From contig DASCPI010000012.1 of the NCBI GenBank assembly GCA_036012475.1, positions 3,934-67,933 of the forward strand: a stretch of DNA of 64,000 nucleotides, written 5' to 3'. The translations under genes were made by a program, and so were the position numbers. Shown here piece by piece: positions 17,058-27,461 of this stretch (position 1 is its first letter; each line of letters begins with the position of its first letter). The DNA comes from Candidatus Pelagibacter sp. (GTDB taxonomy: Bacteria; Pseudomonadota; Alphaproteobacteria; Pelagibacterales; Pelagibacteraceae). The notes under the pieces were generated by a model. It had not been told where the DNA came from. It saw only the letters and a list, made by a program, of their open reading frames with translations, and made no database searches.

Positions 17058-19508
17058 TTAGTTATTTTCCACGCCGAAAGGTTTTATGATTAGAATTAGC
17101 TTAGGAAGTAAAGTTAAAACTGAAGTCATTGCTAACAACATTGCTATTCCTGTAAAAACACCAAAATAAATAGTAGGTATAAAGTTTGAAAAAACTAAAA
17201 TAGAAAATCCGAAAACAATTGTTATAGAGGTATTTAGTATTGCGGTACCAACTGTTGAGTGACAGAGTTTAAGTGTTTCGTGATATTTTTTGTTTAAAGA
17301 AAATTCTTCTTTAAATCTATAGATGTAGTGAATACTATTATCCACTGCAATGCCGATGGTAATTGCAGCTATGGTGATTGTCATCATATCGAGAGGTATT
17401 CCAAGCAAACCTATAATTCCTAAAATAAAAAAAGCAGCAATAAAGTTTGGCGCTACGCCAATTAAAGATAACGTTAAATTTCTGAACAATATTAAGAACA
17501 TTGCAAAAATGCCCACCATAACAAAACCAAGTGTTAAAATTTGAGACTTAAATAAACTTTGCAATAAATTATTAAACAATATTAAAACGCCAGCCAATTT
17601 ATATTCATCTTTTTTTAAATTAAGCTTGTTTTCAAGATCGTATTCAATTTTTTTAATTAACTTGTTTCTTCTAAGTTCTTTTTTTGAATCGATTATTCTT
17701 AAATTAATTCTTGCTTGGTTGTCTTTAATAGATATATAAGGATCTATAATCTCTTTTTTTATAGAATCTGGTATTTTGCTGTATAAAACACCCATTTCTA
17801 ATGTTCCAAGTTCTTTGTTATTATTTAATTTTTTAGCTACTTGTAAAATTGAAGAAAATGATAGAACTTTTCCTACACTATCTAAACTATCAAGATAGTT
17901 GTGAACTTTCTCAATTTTGTCTATTTTATTTTTAGTAAACCAATATTTTTCACCGTTCGAATTTTCATCTTCATCCCAGTCATCGAAATCATCATCTTTT
18001 TTCACTTCTTCAGTTTTTGTAGGAAATTTTAATATTATTTCCAAAGGAGTTGTTCCTCCAAGTTTGTCATCTATTAACTTCATTCCTTTATATATTTCAG
18101 TATTTTTTTTAAAATAATTTATAAAGCTATTTTCTACTTCTAATTTATTTATTCCAAATATGCTTAATATTATTATTAAAAAAGTTATTGAAAAAATAGT
18201 TTTTGAATTATTTATTGAAGTGTTAGCGAAAAAATTTGTAATTATAGATTTATTGGTATCTTTTATTTCAATTTTATCTTTAGATAAAAAATTTAAAATA
18301 GTAGGCAACAAGGTGAAAGTAACTATAAATGATGTTATTAAACCTAAAGTCATCATCCATCCAAAATCAATAACAGGTTTTATTTCACTAAAAATTAATG
18401 ACAAAAATGCGCATATTGTTGTCAAGACTGTGTAAAGAATCGGCCAGAACATTTTACCCGATGTAATTAAAATTACATCTTGATTTGAGAGGTTGGGTTT
18501 TTCTTTTCTGATCTGAATATACCTAACACTTATATGAATATTCATGGCCATTGTTAAAATTAGCATTAGTGCAATGAAGTTAGATGAAATTACTGTTACT
18601 TTCCAACCCAACAACCCAAGAAGCCCAGTCATAATTACGACAGCAAAAAAACAACTGCTAAGTGGAACAATTATCCAAAGCAACTTTCGAAATACAAACC
18701 AAAGAGTACCAACTATAAATAAAAAAACCCCTGCACCAAACACTGCAATATCATTTTTGATAAATGACATCATGTCATCAGCGATCATAGGAATTCCTCC
18801 TAAATGAATTTTTCCTGCTGTATTATAATTTTGAATTAATTTTCTAATTTCTAGTATATTTTTGTGATTTTTTTTCTTGGTTAATGTTTTGTAGTTTTCA
18901 AATTCTGCAATGAATTGATCATAATTTAAAACTTTTTCTTTATTATTTATTTTTTCTTTAAACTCATTATTTTTTTTAATTAAATTTTTTAATTTTTTAT
19001 CTTCTTTAATGTTAACAATAATACCAGTTGTTGTACCATCTTCGCTAATAACAAAATTTCTAAATACTGGACTATTTAGAATTTCGTTAAAACCTCTATT
19101 TTTATCAACATCTTTGTTTTTTAATGTTACAAAATTTCTCAACCTTTCGGATAAAGGTTTATTTGAATTTTCTAATAGAGGAATATCTAATATTGTAATA
19201 ACGCTATGAACCCAATCTAAATTTTGAATATCATTCTTAAGATTTAATAAATTGTTTATTGAACTATCAGAAATAATACTTTCTTTTGGAGCGAAGGTTA
19301 ATATTAGAAACTCTTTTGCCCCATATCTATCAGTAACTTCTCTTAAATAATTTAGATCAGGATCATTTTCTATTAGCAGCGTATCAGAAGAAGCATCTAA
19401 TTTAAAATCTTTGGTGTAATAACCAAAAAATAACAGACAAAATATTAATAAAGTTAATATGGTTTTTGGTTTTTGGATAACAGAATTTTGATATAAACGT
19501 GCAAACAT
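17058..19508 (-). CDS. MMPL/RND family transporter
   Basis: Two-repeat membrane topology; TTICAFLSL, IGIAVDNSIH, FGFSILVFSNFIP. Confidence 0.85.
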   Translation of the reverse strand: MFARLYQNSVIQKPKTILTLLIFCLLFFGYYTKDFKLDASSDTLLIENDPDLNYLREVTDRYGAKEFLILTFAPKESIISDSSINNLLNLKNDIQNLDWVHSVITILDIPLLENSNKPLSERLRNFVTLKNKDVDKNRGFNEILNSPVFRNFVISEDGTTTGIIVNIKEDKKLKNLIKKNNEFKEKINNKEKVLNYDQFIAEFENYKTLTKKKNHKNILEIRKLIQNYNTAGKIHLGGIPMIADDMMSFIKNDIAVFGAGVFLFIVGTLWFVFRKLLWIIVPLSSCFFAVVIMTGLLGLLGWKVTVISSNFIALMLILTMAMNIHISVRYIQIRKEKPNLSNQDVILITSGKMFWPILYTVLTTICAFLSLIFSEIKPVIDFGWMMTLGLITSFIVTFTLLPTILNFLSKDKIEIKDTNKSIITNFFANTSINNSKTIFSITFLIIILSIFGINKLEVENSFINYFKKNTEIYKGMKLIDDKLGGTTPLEIILKFPTKTEEVKKDDDFDDWDEDENSNGEKYWFTKNKIDKIEKVHNYLDSLDSVGKVLSFSSILQVAKKLNNNKELGTLEMGVLYSKIPDSIKKEIIDPYISIKDNQARINLRIIDSKKELRRNKLIKKIEYDLENKLNLKKDEYKLAGVLILFNNLLQSLFKSQILTLGFVMVGIFAMFLILFRNLTLSLIGVAPNFIAAFFILGIIGLLGIPLDMMTITIAAITIGIAVDNSIHYIYRFKEEFSLNKKYHETLKLCHSTVGTAILNTSITIVFGFSILVFSNFIPTIYFGVFTGIAMLLAMTSVLTLLPKLILIIKPFGVENN

Positions 19509-19533
19509 TTAACAACAAAATATATATTTTAAT

Positions 19534-20952
19534 TTAGCTATTTTGGATATCTTTAAATTTAGTAAACATAGCTTCAAATTCTAACATCAAGTTACCAGTG
19601 GGGCCGTGTCTTTGCTTGCTTATCAGAATTTCAGCTAAATTAGAAACTTCATTCATTTTTGCTTGCCATTCTGCATGTTCCACGGTAGCTGGTCTGGGTT
19701 CTTTTCTTTCAAGATAATAAGCTTCTCTATAAACAAACATTACAACATCCGCATCTTGTTCTATAGATCCCGATTCTCTTAAATCAGAGAGTTGGGGTTT
19801 TTTATCATCTCTATGTTCCACTGCTCTTGATAATTGAGATAATGCCAAAACAGGCACCGAAAGCTCTTTTGCTAATGCTTTTAAACCTTGAGTAATTTCA
19901 GAAATTTCCTGAACTCTTCCATCTTTTGTATTTATAGCTCTCATTAATTGAATATAGTCAACAACCACCATATCAAGTCCGAATAGCCTTTTTATTCTTC
20001 TTGCTCTATTACTTAATGCAGCAATACTAATTGCAGGAGTTTCATCGATAAACAAAGGCAGCTCAGAAATATTTTTTGAAGTTTCAATGAATTTATCAAA
20101 TTGTTCATCCGAAATTCTACCTCTTCTTATGTCATTTGATTTAATTCTACATTGTTCTGCCAATATCCTTGTTGACAATTGTTCAGAAGACATTTCAAGT
20201 GAAAAAAATGCAATAGAAGTTTTTTTTTCACTTTCTTGAATTTTTCTAGCAGCATTAAAAGCTATATTTGTAGCCAAAGCTGTTTTTCCCATTGAGGGTC
20301 TTCCTGCAATAATTATTAAATCTGATTTATGTAAACCACCAAGTCTATCATCAATATCTGTTAAACCAGTAGGAACACCTACTATACCTTCTTCATTTTT
20401 ATATGCATTTGAAGCCATTTCAATTGTAAACTTCAAAGCTTCATCAAATTTTACTAAAGAAGAATTAAAGGATCCCTTTTCTGCTAGGTCAAATAATAAT
20501 TTTTCAGAGTTTTCTATTATATTTTGCCCACTAAGGTTCACATCTTTTAACTTTGCTGAGTCTATAGTGTTTTCAGAAATTTTAATTAACTCTCTTCTTA
20601 CAAACATATCGTAAATTATTTTTGAATATTCGATAGCTTGTCTTGAGGATGTAGAAAATTTTGTAATTTTTACCAAATAATCAGGTACGTCAAGATCATC
20701 TTTTTCATTTTCAAAATAGTTTTTTAAAGTTATTGGATTTGCCAACATTCCTTTAAAAACAAGGTTTTCAATGGCGCTAAAAATTTTTTGGTGCATTGGA
20801 TCAAAAAAGTTATTACTTGAAATAATTGTGCTAATATCATCAAATATTTCATTTGAAACTAAAATTGTACCAATTACTGATTGCTCAGCTTCTATATTAT
20901 TTGGAAGTTCTTCAAAATTATTTTTAACTATGTTTAATTTTTTGTTAATCAT
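19534..20952 (-). CDS. dnaB: Replicative DNA helicase
   Basis: EAEQSVIG, GRPSMGKT, FSLEMS, DYIQL, SDLRESGSIEQDAD, KQRHGPTG. Confidence 0.98.
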   Translation of the reverse strand: MINKKLNIVKNNFEELPNNIEAEQSVIGTILVSNEIFDDISTIISSNNFFDPMHQKIFSAIENLVFKGMLANPITLKNYFENEKDDLDVPDYLVKITKFSTSSRQAIEYSKIIYDMFVRRELIKISENTIDSAKLKDVNLSGQNIIENSEKLLFDLAEKGSFNSSLVKFDEALKFTIEMASNAYKNEEGIVGVPTGLTDIDDRLGGLHKSDLIIIAGRPSMGKTALATNIAFNAARKIQESEKKTSIAFFSLEMSSEQLSTRILAEQCRIKSNDIRRGRISDEQFDKFIETSKNISELPLFIDETPAISIAALSNRARRIKRLFGLDMVVVDYIQLMRAINTKDGRVQEISEITQGLKALAKELSVPVLALSQLSRAVEHRDDKKPQLSDLRESGSIEQDADVVMFVYREAYYLERKEPRPATVEHAEWQAKMNEVSNLAEILISKQRHGPTGNLMLEFEAMFTKFKDIQNS

Positions 20953-21026
20953 AGTAAAAAAATTATATAAAAATCTGATTAATACAATAAATATTATTTA
21001 TTGGGGAAAAAATTGTATAAGTTTAA

Positions 21027-21485
21027 CTATTGAGCACTTTCTAGTTGCTCTACTTTTATGTTTATTTCTGCTTGAACATTTGAATGTAAATTAATTTTAA
21101 CTTTAAAGTTTCCTAATGATTTAATTTCTTTCTCAAGTTGTATCATTGAAGGTTTTATTTCGAGTTTATCTAATTTTAATATTAGTTTTGATATTTCTGT
21201 TGGTTTAACAGAGCCATACAATTCGTTTTTTTCTGTACTTAATTTTTTAACCAAGTATTCCTTTTTATTAATTTTTTCGTAAATAGTTTTTGCATCTTTT
21301 TTTTTCTCTTGATCTTTTTTGTTTAGTTCATTTTTAATTTTTTCAACTTCTTTAATATTTTCCTTTGAGGCATATAGTGCTTTTTTTGAAGATATTAAAT
21401 AGTTTCTAGCAAATCCTCTTTTTACATCAATGATATCTCCAATTGATCCAATTTTTAAAAAATTTTCTAATAAAATAACTTTCAT
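21027..21485 (-). CDS. rplI: 50S ribosomal protein L9
   Basis: MKVILLE, VKRGFARNYL, LYGSV. Confidence 0.96.
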   Translation of the reverse strand: MKVILLENFLKIGSIGDIIDVKRGFARNYLISSKKALYASKENIKEVEKIKNELNKKDQEKKKDAKTIYEKINKKEYLVKKLSTEKNELYGSVKPTEISKLILKLDKLEIKPSMIQLEKEIKSLGNFKVKINLHSNVQAEINIKVEQLESAQ

Positions 21486-21760
21486 TAAATTAGTGCAAGG
21501 TTTCTGGCTCTCTTAATTGATAGAGATAATTCTCTTTGTTTTTTTTGGCATACAGATGTAATTCTTGAAGGTAATATTTTTCCATTTTCTGAAGTATATC
21601 TTTTTAATAATTTTATATTTTTGTAGTCAATAATAGGAGCTTCTTTTCCTGAAAGAGGGCAATTTTTTTTAAATCTATATTTTTGAGGCTGAAAAATACT
21701 TAACTTAGCAAAATTGCTTTGTTTGTATTTTTTTTTGTTATTTCTTTTTTTTTTTACCAT
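21485..21760 (-). CDS. rpsR: 30S ribosomal protein S18
   Basis: [23 protein letters not shown]. Confidence 0.96.
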   Translation of the reverse strand: MVKKKRNNKKKYKQSNFAKLSIFQPQKYRFKKNCPLSGKEAPIIDYKNIKLLKRYTSENGKILPSRITSVCQKKQRELSLSIKRARNLALI

Positions 21761-22113
21761 TGTTTTTTGTTTTTTGTTTCTTGGTTTTTTTCTTTATTAG
21801 AAAAATAGTTGGTATCTAAATCAAATTTTTTTACTCTTATCGTCATATATTTTAAGAGATTTTTATCAATTTTTTCATTTTTTTCTAACTCAGAAACAAT
21901 CTCACTTTTACCTTTTATTTTAAAATGAATGTAATTACCTTTTTTATTTTGATTAATAATATAAGACAAATCTAACAAACCCCAATTTTCAGTTTTGATC
22001 AAATCTCCTTCTAGTTTTTTAACTATCTTTGAATATTTTTCTATAAGTTGCTTTATCTGACTAGGATTTATGTTTTGTTTTGCTATTATAGTATGTTCGT
22101 ATAAATTCATCAT
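21754..22113 (-). CDS. rpsF: 30S ribosomal protein S6
   Basis: YEHTII, ENWG, LSYII; rpsF-rpsR-rplI order. Confidence 0.93.
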   Translation of the reverse strand: MMNLYEHTIIAKQNINPSQIKQLIEKYSKIVKKLEGDLIKTENWGLLDLSYIINQNKKGNYIHFKIKGKSEIVSELEKNEKIDKNLLKYMTIRVKKFDLDTNYFSNKEKNQETKNKKQW

Positions 22114-22198
22114 TATTATTCTTTTATAAAATGTGAGGATATACTATTATAATTATTTAATTACAACACAAAAAACCACGTTTAAATTATAATTTTTA

Positions 22199-23131
22199 AT
22201 GTTTTCAGTTATCTTTCCAGGCCAAGGTTCACAATCTGTAGGAATGGTAAAAGAATTGTATAATAAATTTAAGTTAGTCAAAGAACTATTTAACCAGGCG
22301 GACGAAATATTAAAGCTTTCTATTACCAAATTAATTTTGGAAGGCCCTAAAGAAGAATTAGACCAAACAGAAAATACACAACCAGCAATATTTTTAGTTG
22401 GTTATTCAATATTTCAATTAATGAAAAAAAATTTCGGCATAAATTTAAATAAAGCAAGTTATTTTGCTGGTCATTCTTTAGGAGAATATACTGCACTAGC
22501 TTGTGCTGAGACATTAAGTTTTTCAGAAACTTTAAGACTGCTAAAAATAAGAGGCAAATCTATGCAAGAAGCTGTACCCAAAGGAGAAGGAGGAATGGTT
22601 GCAATCCTTGGAAGTACACCCGAGACAATAGAAAAAATTATTATTGAAAATAGTAATAATTTTAAATGCTATATTGCAAATGATAATTCAAACGGACAGC
22701 TAGTTGTAAGTGGAAAAATAAATGACTTGGATATATTAATAAAACATTTAAAAGATAATAATATTAAAAGCATAAAATTATCTGTAAGCGCACCATTTCA
22801 CTGTAAACTTATGAGTAACGTAACTAAAATTATGCAAAATGAAATTCAAAAATGTGATTTTAAAAATCCAAAAAATACATTAATATCAAATGTAACAAAC
22901 CAAGAAGTTAACGATGCTTCTTTACTGAAAGAGTTGTTGGTCAAACAAATTGAAAGCAGAGTTCGTTGGAGAGAGAATGTTAATTTTATGTTAGAAAAAA
23001 AAATAAATCAATTTATAGAGATTGGACCAGGTAAAGTTTTATCAGGACTAGTTAAAAGAATAGATAAAAATGCTGTTGCAAACTCTATTAATTCTGAAGA
23101 AGATATTAAAAAAATAAATATCAATGATTAA
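22199..23131 (+). CDS. fabD: Malonyl-CoA:ACP transacylase
   Basis: FPGQGSQ, GHSLGEY, SAPFH, EIGPGKVL. Confidence 0.97.
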   Translation: MFSVIFPGQGSQSVGMVKELYNKFKLVKELFNQADEILKLSITKLILEGPKEELDQTENTQPAIFLVGYSIFQLMKKNFGINLNKASYFAGHSLGEYTALACAETLSFSETLRLLKIRGKSMQEAVPKGEGGMVAILGSTPETIEKIIIENSNNFKCYIANDNSNGQLVVSGKINDLDILIKHLKDNNIKSIKLSVSAPFHCKLMSNVTKIMQNEIQKCDFKNPKNTLISNVTNQEVNDASLLKELLVKQIESRVRWRENVNFMLEKKINQFIEIGPGKVLSGLVKRIDKNAVANSINSEEDIKKININD

Positions 23132-23858
23132 TTTTAAGAATAAGAAAATTTTAATCACCGGTGCTTCAGGAGGAATTGGGAATGCGCTGGTTAAAAAGTT
23201 TGTTAATTTGGAAGGAAATGTCTTGGCTACAGGTACTAAAACTGAGAAATTAGATGCTTTAAAAAAAAATTTTCCTAATATAAGTATTTTAAAATTTGAT
23301 ATATCTGATCATTCTAAAATAGAAAAATTTATAGAAAATGTTTCATCGCAATTAACTGGTCTGGATATTTTAATTAACAATGCTGGGATAAACATGGATA
23401 ACTTGTCATTAAGAATGAAAGAAGAAGAATGGAGAAAAGTAATTGATATAAACTTAGGATCTACATTTTTACTGTGTAAGTATGCGATAAAGAAAATGCT
23501 AAAAAATAAATATGGAAGAATAGTAAATATTACTTCAATAGTTGGCCATACAGGAAATTTAGGACAAGCTAACTACGCAGCATCCAAAGCTGGTATAATT
23601 GGCATGTCAAAAAGCTTAGCAATAGAATATGCAAAAAAAAATATTACAATTAATTGTGTTTCTCCAGGTTTTATTCAATCTAAAATGACCGACAATATTG
23701 TTGAAAGTATTAAATCAGTCTTAACTTCTAGAATCCCGATGGCCAGACTAGGTACTGGGGAAGATGTATCAAATACTGTAGCTTTTCTATCATCTGATAC
23801 CGCATCATATATTACTGGAGAAACTATACATGTTAATGGCGGCATGTATATGGGTTGA
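23124..23858 (+). CDS. fabG: 3-oxoacyl-ACP reductase
   Basis: TGASGGIG, NNAG, YAASK. Confidence 0.96.
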   Translation: MINFKNKKILITGASGGIGNALVKKFVNLEGNVLATGTKTEKLDALKKNFPNISILKFDISDHSKIEKFIENVSSQLTGLDILINNAGINMDNLSLRMKEEEWRKVIDINLGSTFLLCKYAIKKMLKNKYGRIVNITSIVGHTGNLGQANYAASKAGIIGMSKSLAIEYAKKNITINCVSPGFIQSKMTDNIVESIKSVLTSRIPMARLGTGEDVSNTVAFLSSDTASYITGETIHVNGGMYMG

Positions 23859-23903
23859 CAAAACTGAGTATTAATTTATTAACGAATTAAACAAAGGAAC
23901 AAA

Positions 23904-24143
23904 ATGTCAGATGATATTTCAAACAAAGTAAAAAAAATAGTTGCGGATCACTTGGGTATAGAAGAAGCAAAAGTTACGGAAGAATCTAGTTTTATAGATG
24001 ACTTAGGCGCAGATAGTCTAGACACGGTAGAGTTGGTTATGGCATTCGAAGAAGAATTTGGAGCAGAAATTTCAGACAATGAAGCTGAAAAAATTCTAAC
24101 TGTTGGTGATGCAATTAAATTTATAGAGAATAGTAAAAAATAG
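23904..24143 (+). CDS. acpP: Acyl carrier protein
   Basis: [20 protein letters not shown]. Confidence 0.98.
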   Translation: MSDDISNKVKKIVADHLGIEEAKVTEESSFIDDLGADSLDTVELVMAFEEEFGAEISDNEAEKILTVGDAIKFIENSKK

Positions 24144-24153
24144 TTTTTAACAA

Positions 24154-24786
24154 ATGTCTTCAAAAGAAGATGGGGCAATGATTGTTTTATCATCCCCTTC
24201 AGGAGCGGGGAAAACCACACTTACGAAATTGCTTTCAAAAAATAATAATTATTTGATATCAGTATCGCACACAACTCGCAAGCCGAGAATAAACGAAGTA
24301 GAAGCGGAAGATTATTTTTTTGCAAAAGAAGATCAATTTAAATCTTTAATTAAAAAAGGTGAATTTTTAGAATATGCAAAAGTTTTTAGCCATTTTTATG
24401 GTACCAGCAAATCTTTTGTAATTAACAATCTAGAAAAAGGAAGTAGTGTAATTTTTGATATTGATTGGCAAGGAACCAAGCAAATAAAAGAAAAAAAATT
24501 AAAATACAAGTTAATAACTTTTTTTATATTGCCCCCAAGCAAAAAAGTTTTATTTGAGAGACTATCCAATCGAGACATGAAAGATAAACTTATTATTGAA
24601 GAACGAATGAGACAATTTAGTAAAGATATCTTGCATTGGGCAGACTATGACTATGTAGTTATAAATGATAATTTAGAAAATTGTTATAATGAAGTGAACA
24701 ATTTAATTAAATCTGAGATGGATAAAATCAGCAATTTTTATGATGTTGATTTGATAAAAAAACATATTAATCAATTAACTAATTAA
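24154..24786 (+). CDS. gmk: Guanylate kinase
   Basis: [25 protein letters not shown]. Confidence 0.96.
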   Translation: MSSKEDGAMIVLSSPSGAGKTTLTKLLSKNNNYLISVSHTTRKPRINEVEAEDYFFAKEDQFKSLIKKGEFLEYAKVFSHFYGTSKSFVINNLEKGSSVIFDIDWQGTKQIKEKKLKYKLITFFILPPSKKVLFERLSNRDMKDKLIIEERMRQFSKDILHWADYDYVVINDNLENCYNEVNNLIKSEMDKISNFYDVDLIKKHINQLTN

Positions 24787-25566
24787 ATCTTCATATTCTT
24801 TTGTAATTTCGAAATAATTTAAAGGACTTAAATTTTGAGGTCTTAAGTTAATATCTAATTTAAGTTTTTCTAAAATCATATCTGGTTTTTTAAAAATTTG
24901 CTTTAAAGGATTTTTAATCATTTTTCTTCTTTGATTAAAAAAAACTTTAGTTATTTTTTCAAGATTATAAGGTTTTTTAATATTAAAATATTTTTTTTTA
25001 GGCTCAAAGCTTAATAATGTGCTATTTACTTTAGGCTTTGGAAAAAAACAATTAGGACTTATATCAAATTCTTTTTTAATATTCATCCGCCAATTAGAGA
25101 TAATTGATAATCTACCATAGTTTTTTGAATTTGTTTTTGCCATTATTCTATCAGCTACTTCTTTTTGAAACATTAAAATAAGTTTTTTGCATGATTGAAA
25201 TTTTTTATTGTCTGTAATCCATTTAATTAAAATTTCTGTTGAAATGTTATATGGCAAATTTCCGTATACGATAACTTTTTCATTTGAAATATCATTTAAT
25301 TCAAAATTAAGAACATCTTTGTTAATGATATTTATTTTATTATTAAATTTTTTATATAGGAGTTTTACTAAATTATAATCTTTCTCAATTACAAAAAAAA
25401 TTTTTGGATTTTTTTTTAAAATAAATTCTGTCAAATTTCCTGTACCCGGGCCGATCTCAAGAACTAGATTATTGTCTTTAATATTTCCAACTTCAACTAT
25501 AGCTTTTATTATATTTTTATCTGATAGAAAATTTTGCCCTAAACTTTTTTTTGGTTTAATTTTCAT
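24775..25566 (-). CDS. rsmA: 16S rRNA adenine dimethyltransferase
   Basis: [27 protein letters not shown]. Confidence 0.96.
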   Translation of the reverse strand: MKIKPKKSLGQNFLSDKNIIKAIVEVGNIKDNNLVLEIGPGTGNLTEFILKKNPKIFFVIEKDYNLVKLLYKKFNNKINIINKDVLNFELNDISNEKVIVYGNLPYNISTEILIKWITDNKKFQSCKKLILMFQKEVADRIMAKTNSKNYGRLSIISNWRMNIKKEFDISPNCFFPKPKVNSTLLSFEPKKKYFNIKKPYNLEKITKVFFNQRRKMIKNPLKQIFKKPDMILEKLKLDINLRPQNLSPLNYFEITKEYEDLIS

Positions 25567-26542
25567 TTAATTTTTTTAAAAAAAGTAAAGCTTCTTTAAG
25601 GCTTGTTGGGTCAGATTTTTTTTTACCCAACATTTGATTATTTGTTCCATGATCTGGAGAAATTCTAATAAAAGGTAAACCTAAAGTAATGTTTATTGCG
25701 TTGAAATTGTATAAAGTTTTTAAAGGTGTTATGACTTGATCATGATACATTCCAATAACAACATCAAATTTTTTTATATTATTTTTAGTAAATAAAGTAT
25801 CTGCTGGAAATGGGCCTTTAACTCTTAGGTTCTTTTTTTTGGCTCTTTTAATAGCGGGCTTAATTATTCTGTCTTCTTCGCTGTTTTTAAAATTTGATTC
25901 GCAATGAGGATTTAAACCAGTAACAGCAAACCTTGGAATTTTTTTTAAATTATTTTTATAAAATTTATTAATTTTAATTATTTTTTTTAATATTTCATTA
26001 GATGAAATTTTTTTAGGAACATTTTTTAAAGGTATATGTGTAGTAATTGGGCATACCGAAAGAAATTTATTGTAAATTAACATTACTTCATCATTTTTTT
26101 TGTCAGTTTTATGAGATAAATATTCAGTAATTCCATTATACTTGCCTTGAAGAAAGTGTTTTTTGGAGACAGGTCCATTTATTAGAGCAAATCCTAATTT
26201 TTCTTTCATTATATTTATTGCAATATCAAAACATTCTTTAATATATTTGGAAGATTTATTTGTAATTTTGCCAAATGGTTTTTTTAAATTTAATTTAACG
26301 TCAATTAAATTAATTTTATTATTATTTAATTTAGCATTTGTTATTTCACTTTTTTTTATTAAGTTAATTTTATAAGAGCAATTCATTTTTTTCATTTGCA
26401 TTTCAATGATATTTTTTGAGCCAATTAATATTATTGGAATTTTATATTTTTTGTAAAAACTTGATTTAAAAATTTTATAAAAAATTTCCGAAAATATACT
26501 ATAGGGTTCTCCAGAAACTATTATTATAGGTTTATTTTTCAC
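25556..26542 (-). CDS. pdxA: 4-hydroxythreonine-4-phosphate dehydrogenase
   Basis: TTHIPL, GLNPH, GPFPADT, MYHDQ, SPDHGT. Confidence 0.93.
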   Translation of the reverse strand: MKNKPIIIVSGEPYSIFSEIFYKIFKSSFYKKYKIPIILIGSKNIIEMQMKKMNCSYKINLIKKSEITNAKLNNNKINLIDVKLNLKKPFGKITNKSSKYIKECFDIAINIMKEKLGFALINGPVSKKHFLQGKYNGITEYLSHKTDKKNDEVMLIYNKFLSVCPITTHIPLKNVPKKISSNEILKKIIKINKFYKNNLKKIPRFAVTGLNPHCESNFKNSEEDRIIKPAIKRAKKKNLRVKGPFPADTLFTKNNIKKFDVVIGMYHDQVITPLKTLYNFNAINITLGLPFIRISPDHGTNNQMLGKKKSDPTSLKEALLFLKKLNEN

Positions 26543-27461
26543 TTATTGTTGAATTTTTTTTTATTTTTTTAAAATATATTTCAGAGAAATTTTTTAGTTG
26601 AGAATTTTTTTCATTCTCAATTTTTTTTTTAAATTCCCTGTCATAATTTAAATTTATCATTTCCATTTTTTTATCATTTATTTTTATAATTAAAAATCCC
26701 CCAGGAACAGTGATTGGTTTGCTATGGTTACCAATTTTTAAATTTATTATTTCTTTTTTGACAGTTTCATTTAATTGTGATTCACTTATCCATCCCACCT
26801 CTCCACCTAATTTGGCAGAATCAGACACACTATATATATTGGCTGTATTGTTAAATCCTATTTCTAAAATACTTTTTTCAATTATTTTATATTCTTTTTT
26901 AAGCTTTTCATAATTGTCTGCAACAAATAAAATTTCTGAAATAAAGTATATGCTTTGTTCTTTACGATCTAAAATATTTTTTTTTATTTCTTTTTTAACT
27001 TCTAATTCATTAATTTCAATTCTATTTGCAAACTTTTTATATATCAAGTCATTCCAGGCAGCTTCTATACTAATTTTCTTTTCTATTTCTTCAAAATTCA
27101 AATTATATTTTGATAAATAATTTTTAAATTCATTTATATTTTTCATTCCCATTTTTTTATAAAAAACAGAAATAATTTTATCAATGAATTTATTTTTTAT
27201 ATTTAAATTAAAGTGCCGATTTAATTCGGCTTCTTTAATTTTTTCTCTTATTATCGAATCTTTAGCTAACTTCATAACTGTTTCTTTATTAACATTTTGA
27301 AGGCTTGGACTTAAAGCAATAAGATAACGATACTCGTTATCAATATCATAATTAGTTATTACATTATTGTTAACTTTTAAAACTACATAGATTTCATTAG
27401 AATAGGCACACCAAATAAAAAAAAAATTGAAAAAAATTAATATTGAAAGAAATTTTTTCAT
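26532..27461 (-). CDS. surA: SurA-like chaperone/PPIase
   Basis: Signal peptide, ITNYDI, SAKLGGEVGW; position between lptD and pdxA. Confidence 0.82.
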   Translation of the reverse strand: MKKFLSILIFFNFFFIWCAYSNEIYVVLKVNNNVITNYDIDNEYRYLIALSPSLQNVNKETVMKLAKDSIIREKIKEAELNRHFNLNIKNKFIDKIISVFYKKMGMKNINEFKNYLSKYNLNFEEIEKKISIEAAWNDLIYKKFANRIEINELEVKKEIKKNILDRKEQSIYFISEILFVADNYEKLKKEYKIIEKSILEIGFNNTANIYSVSDSAKLGGEVGWISESQLNETVKKEIINLKIGNHSKPITVPGGFLIIKINDKKMEMINLNYDREFKKKIENEKNSQLKNFSEIYFKKIKKNSTISEK

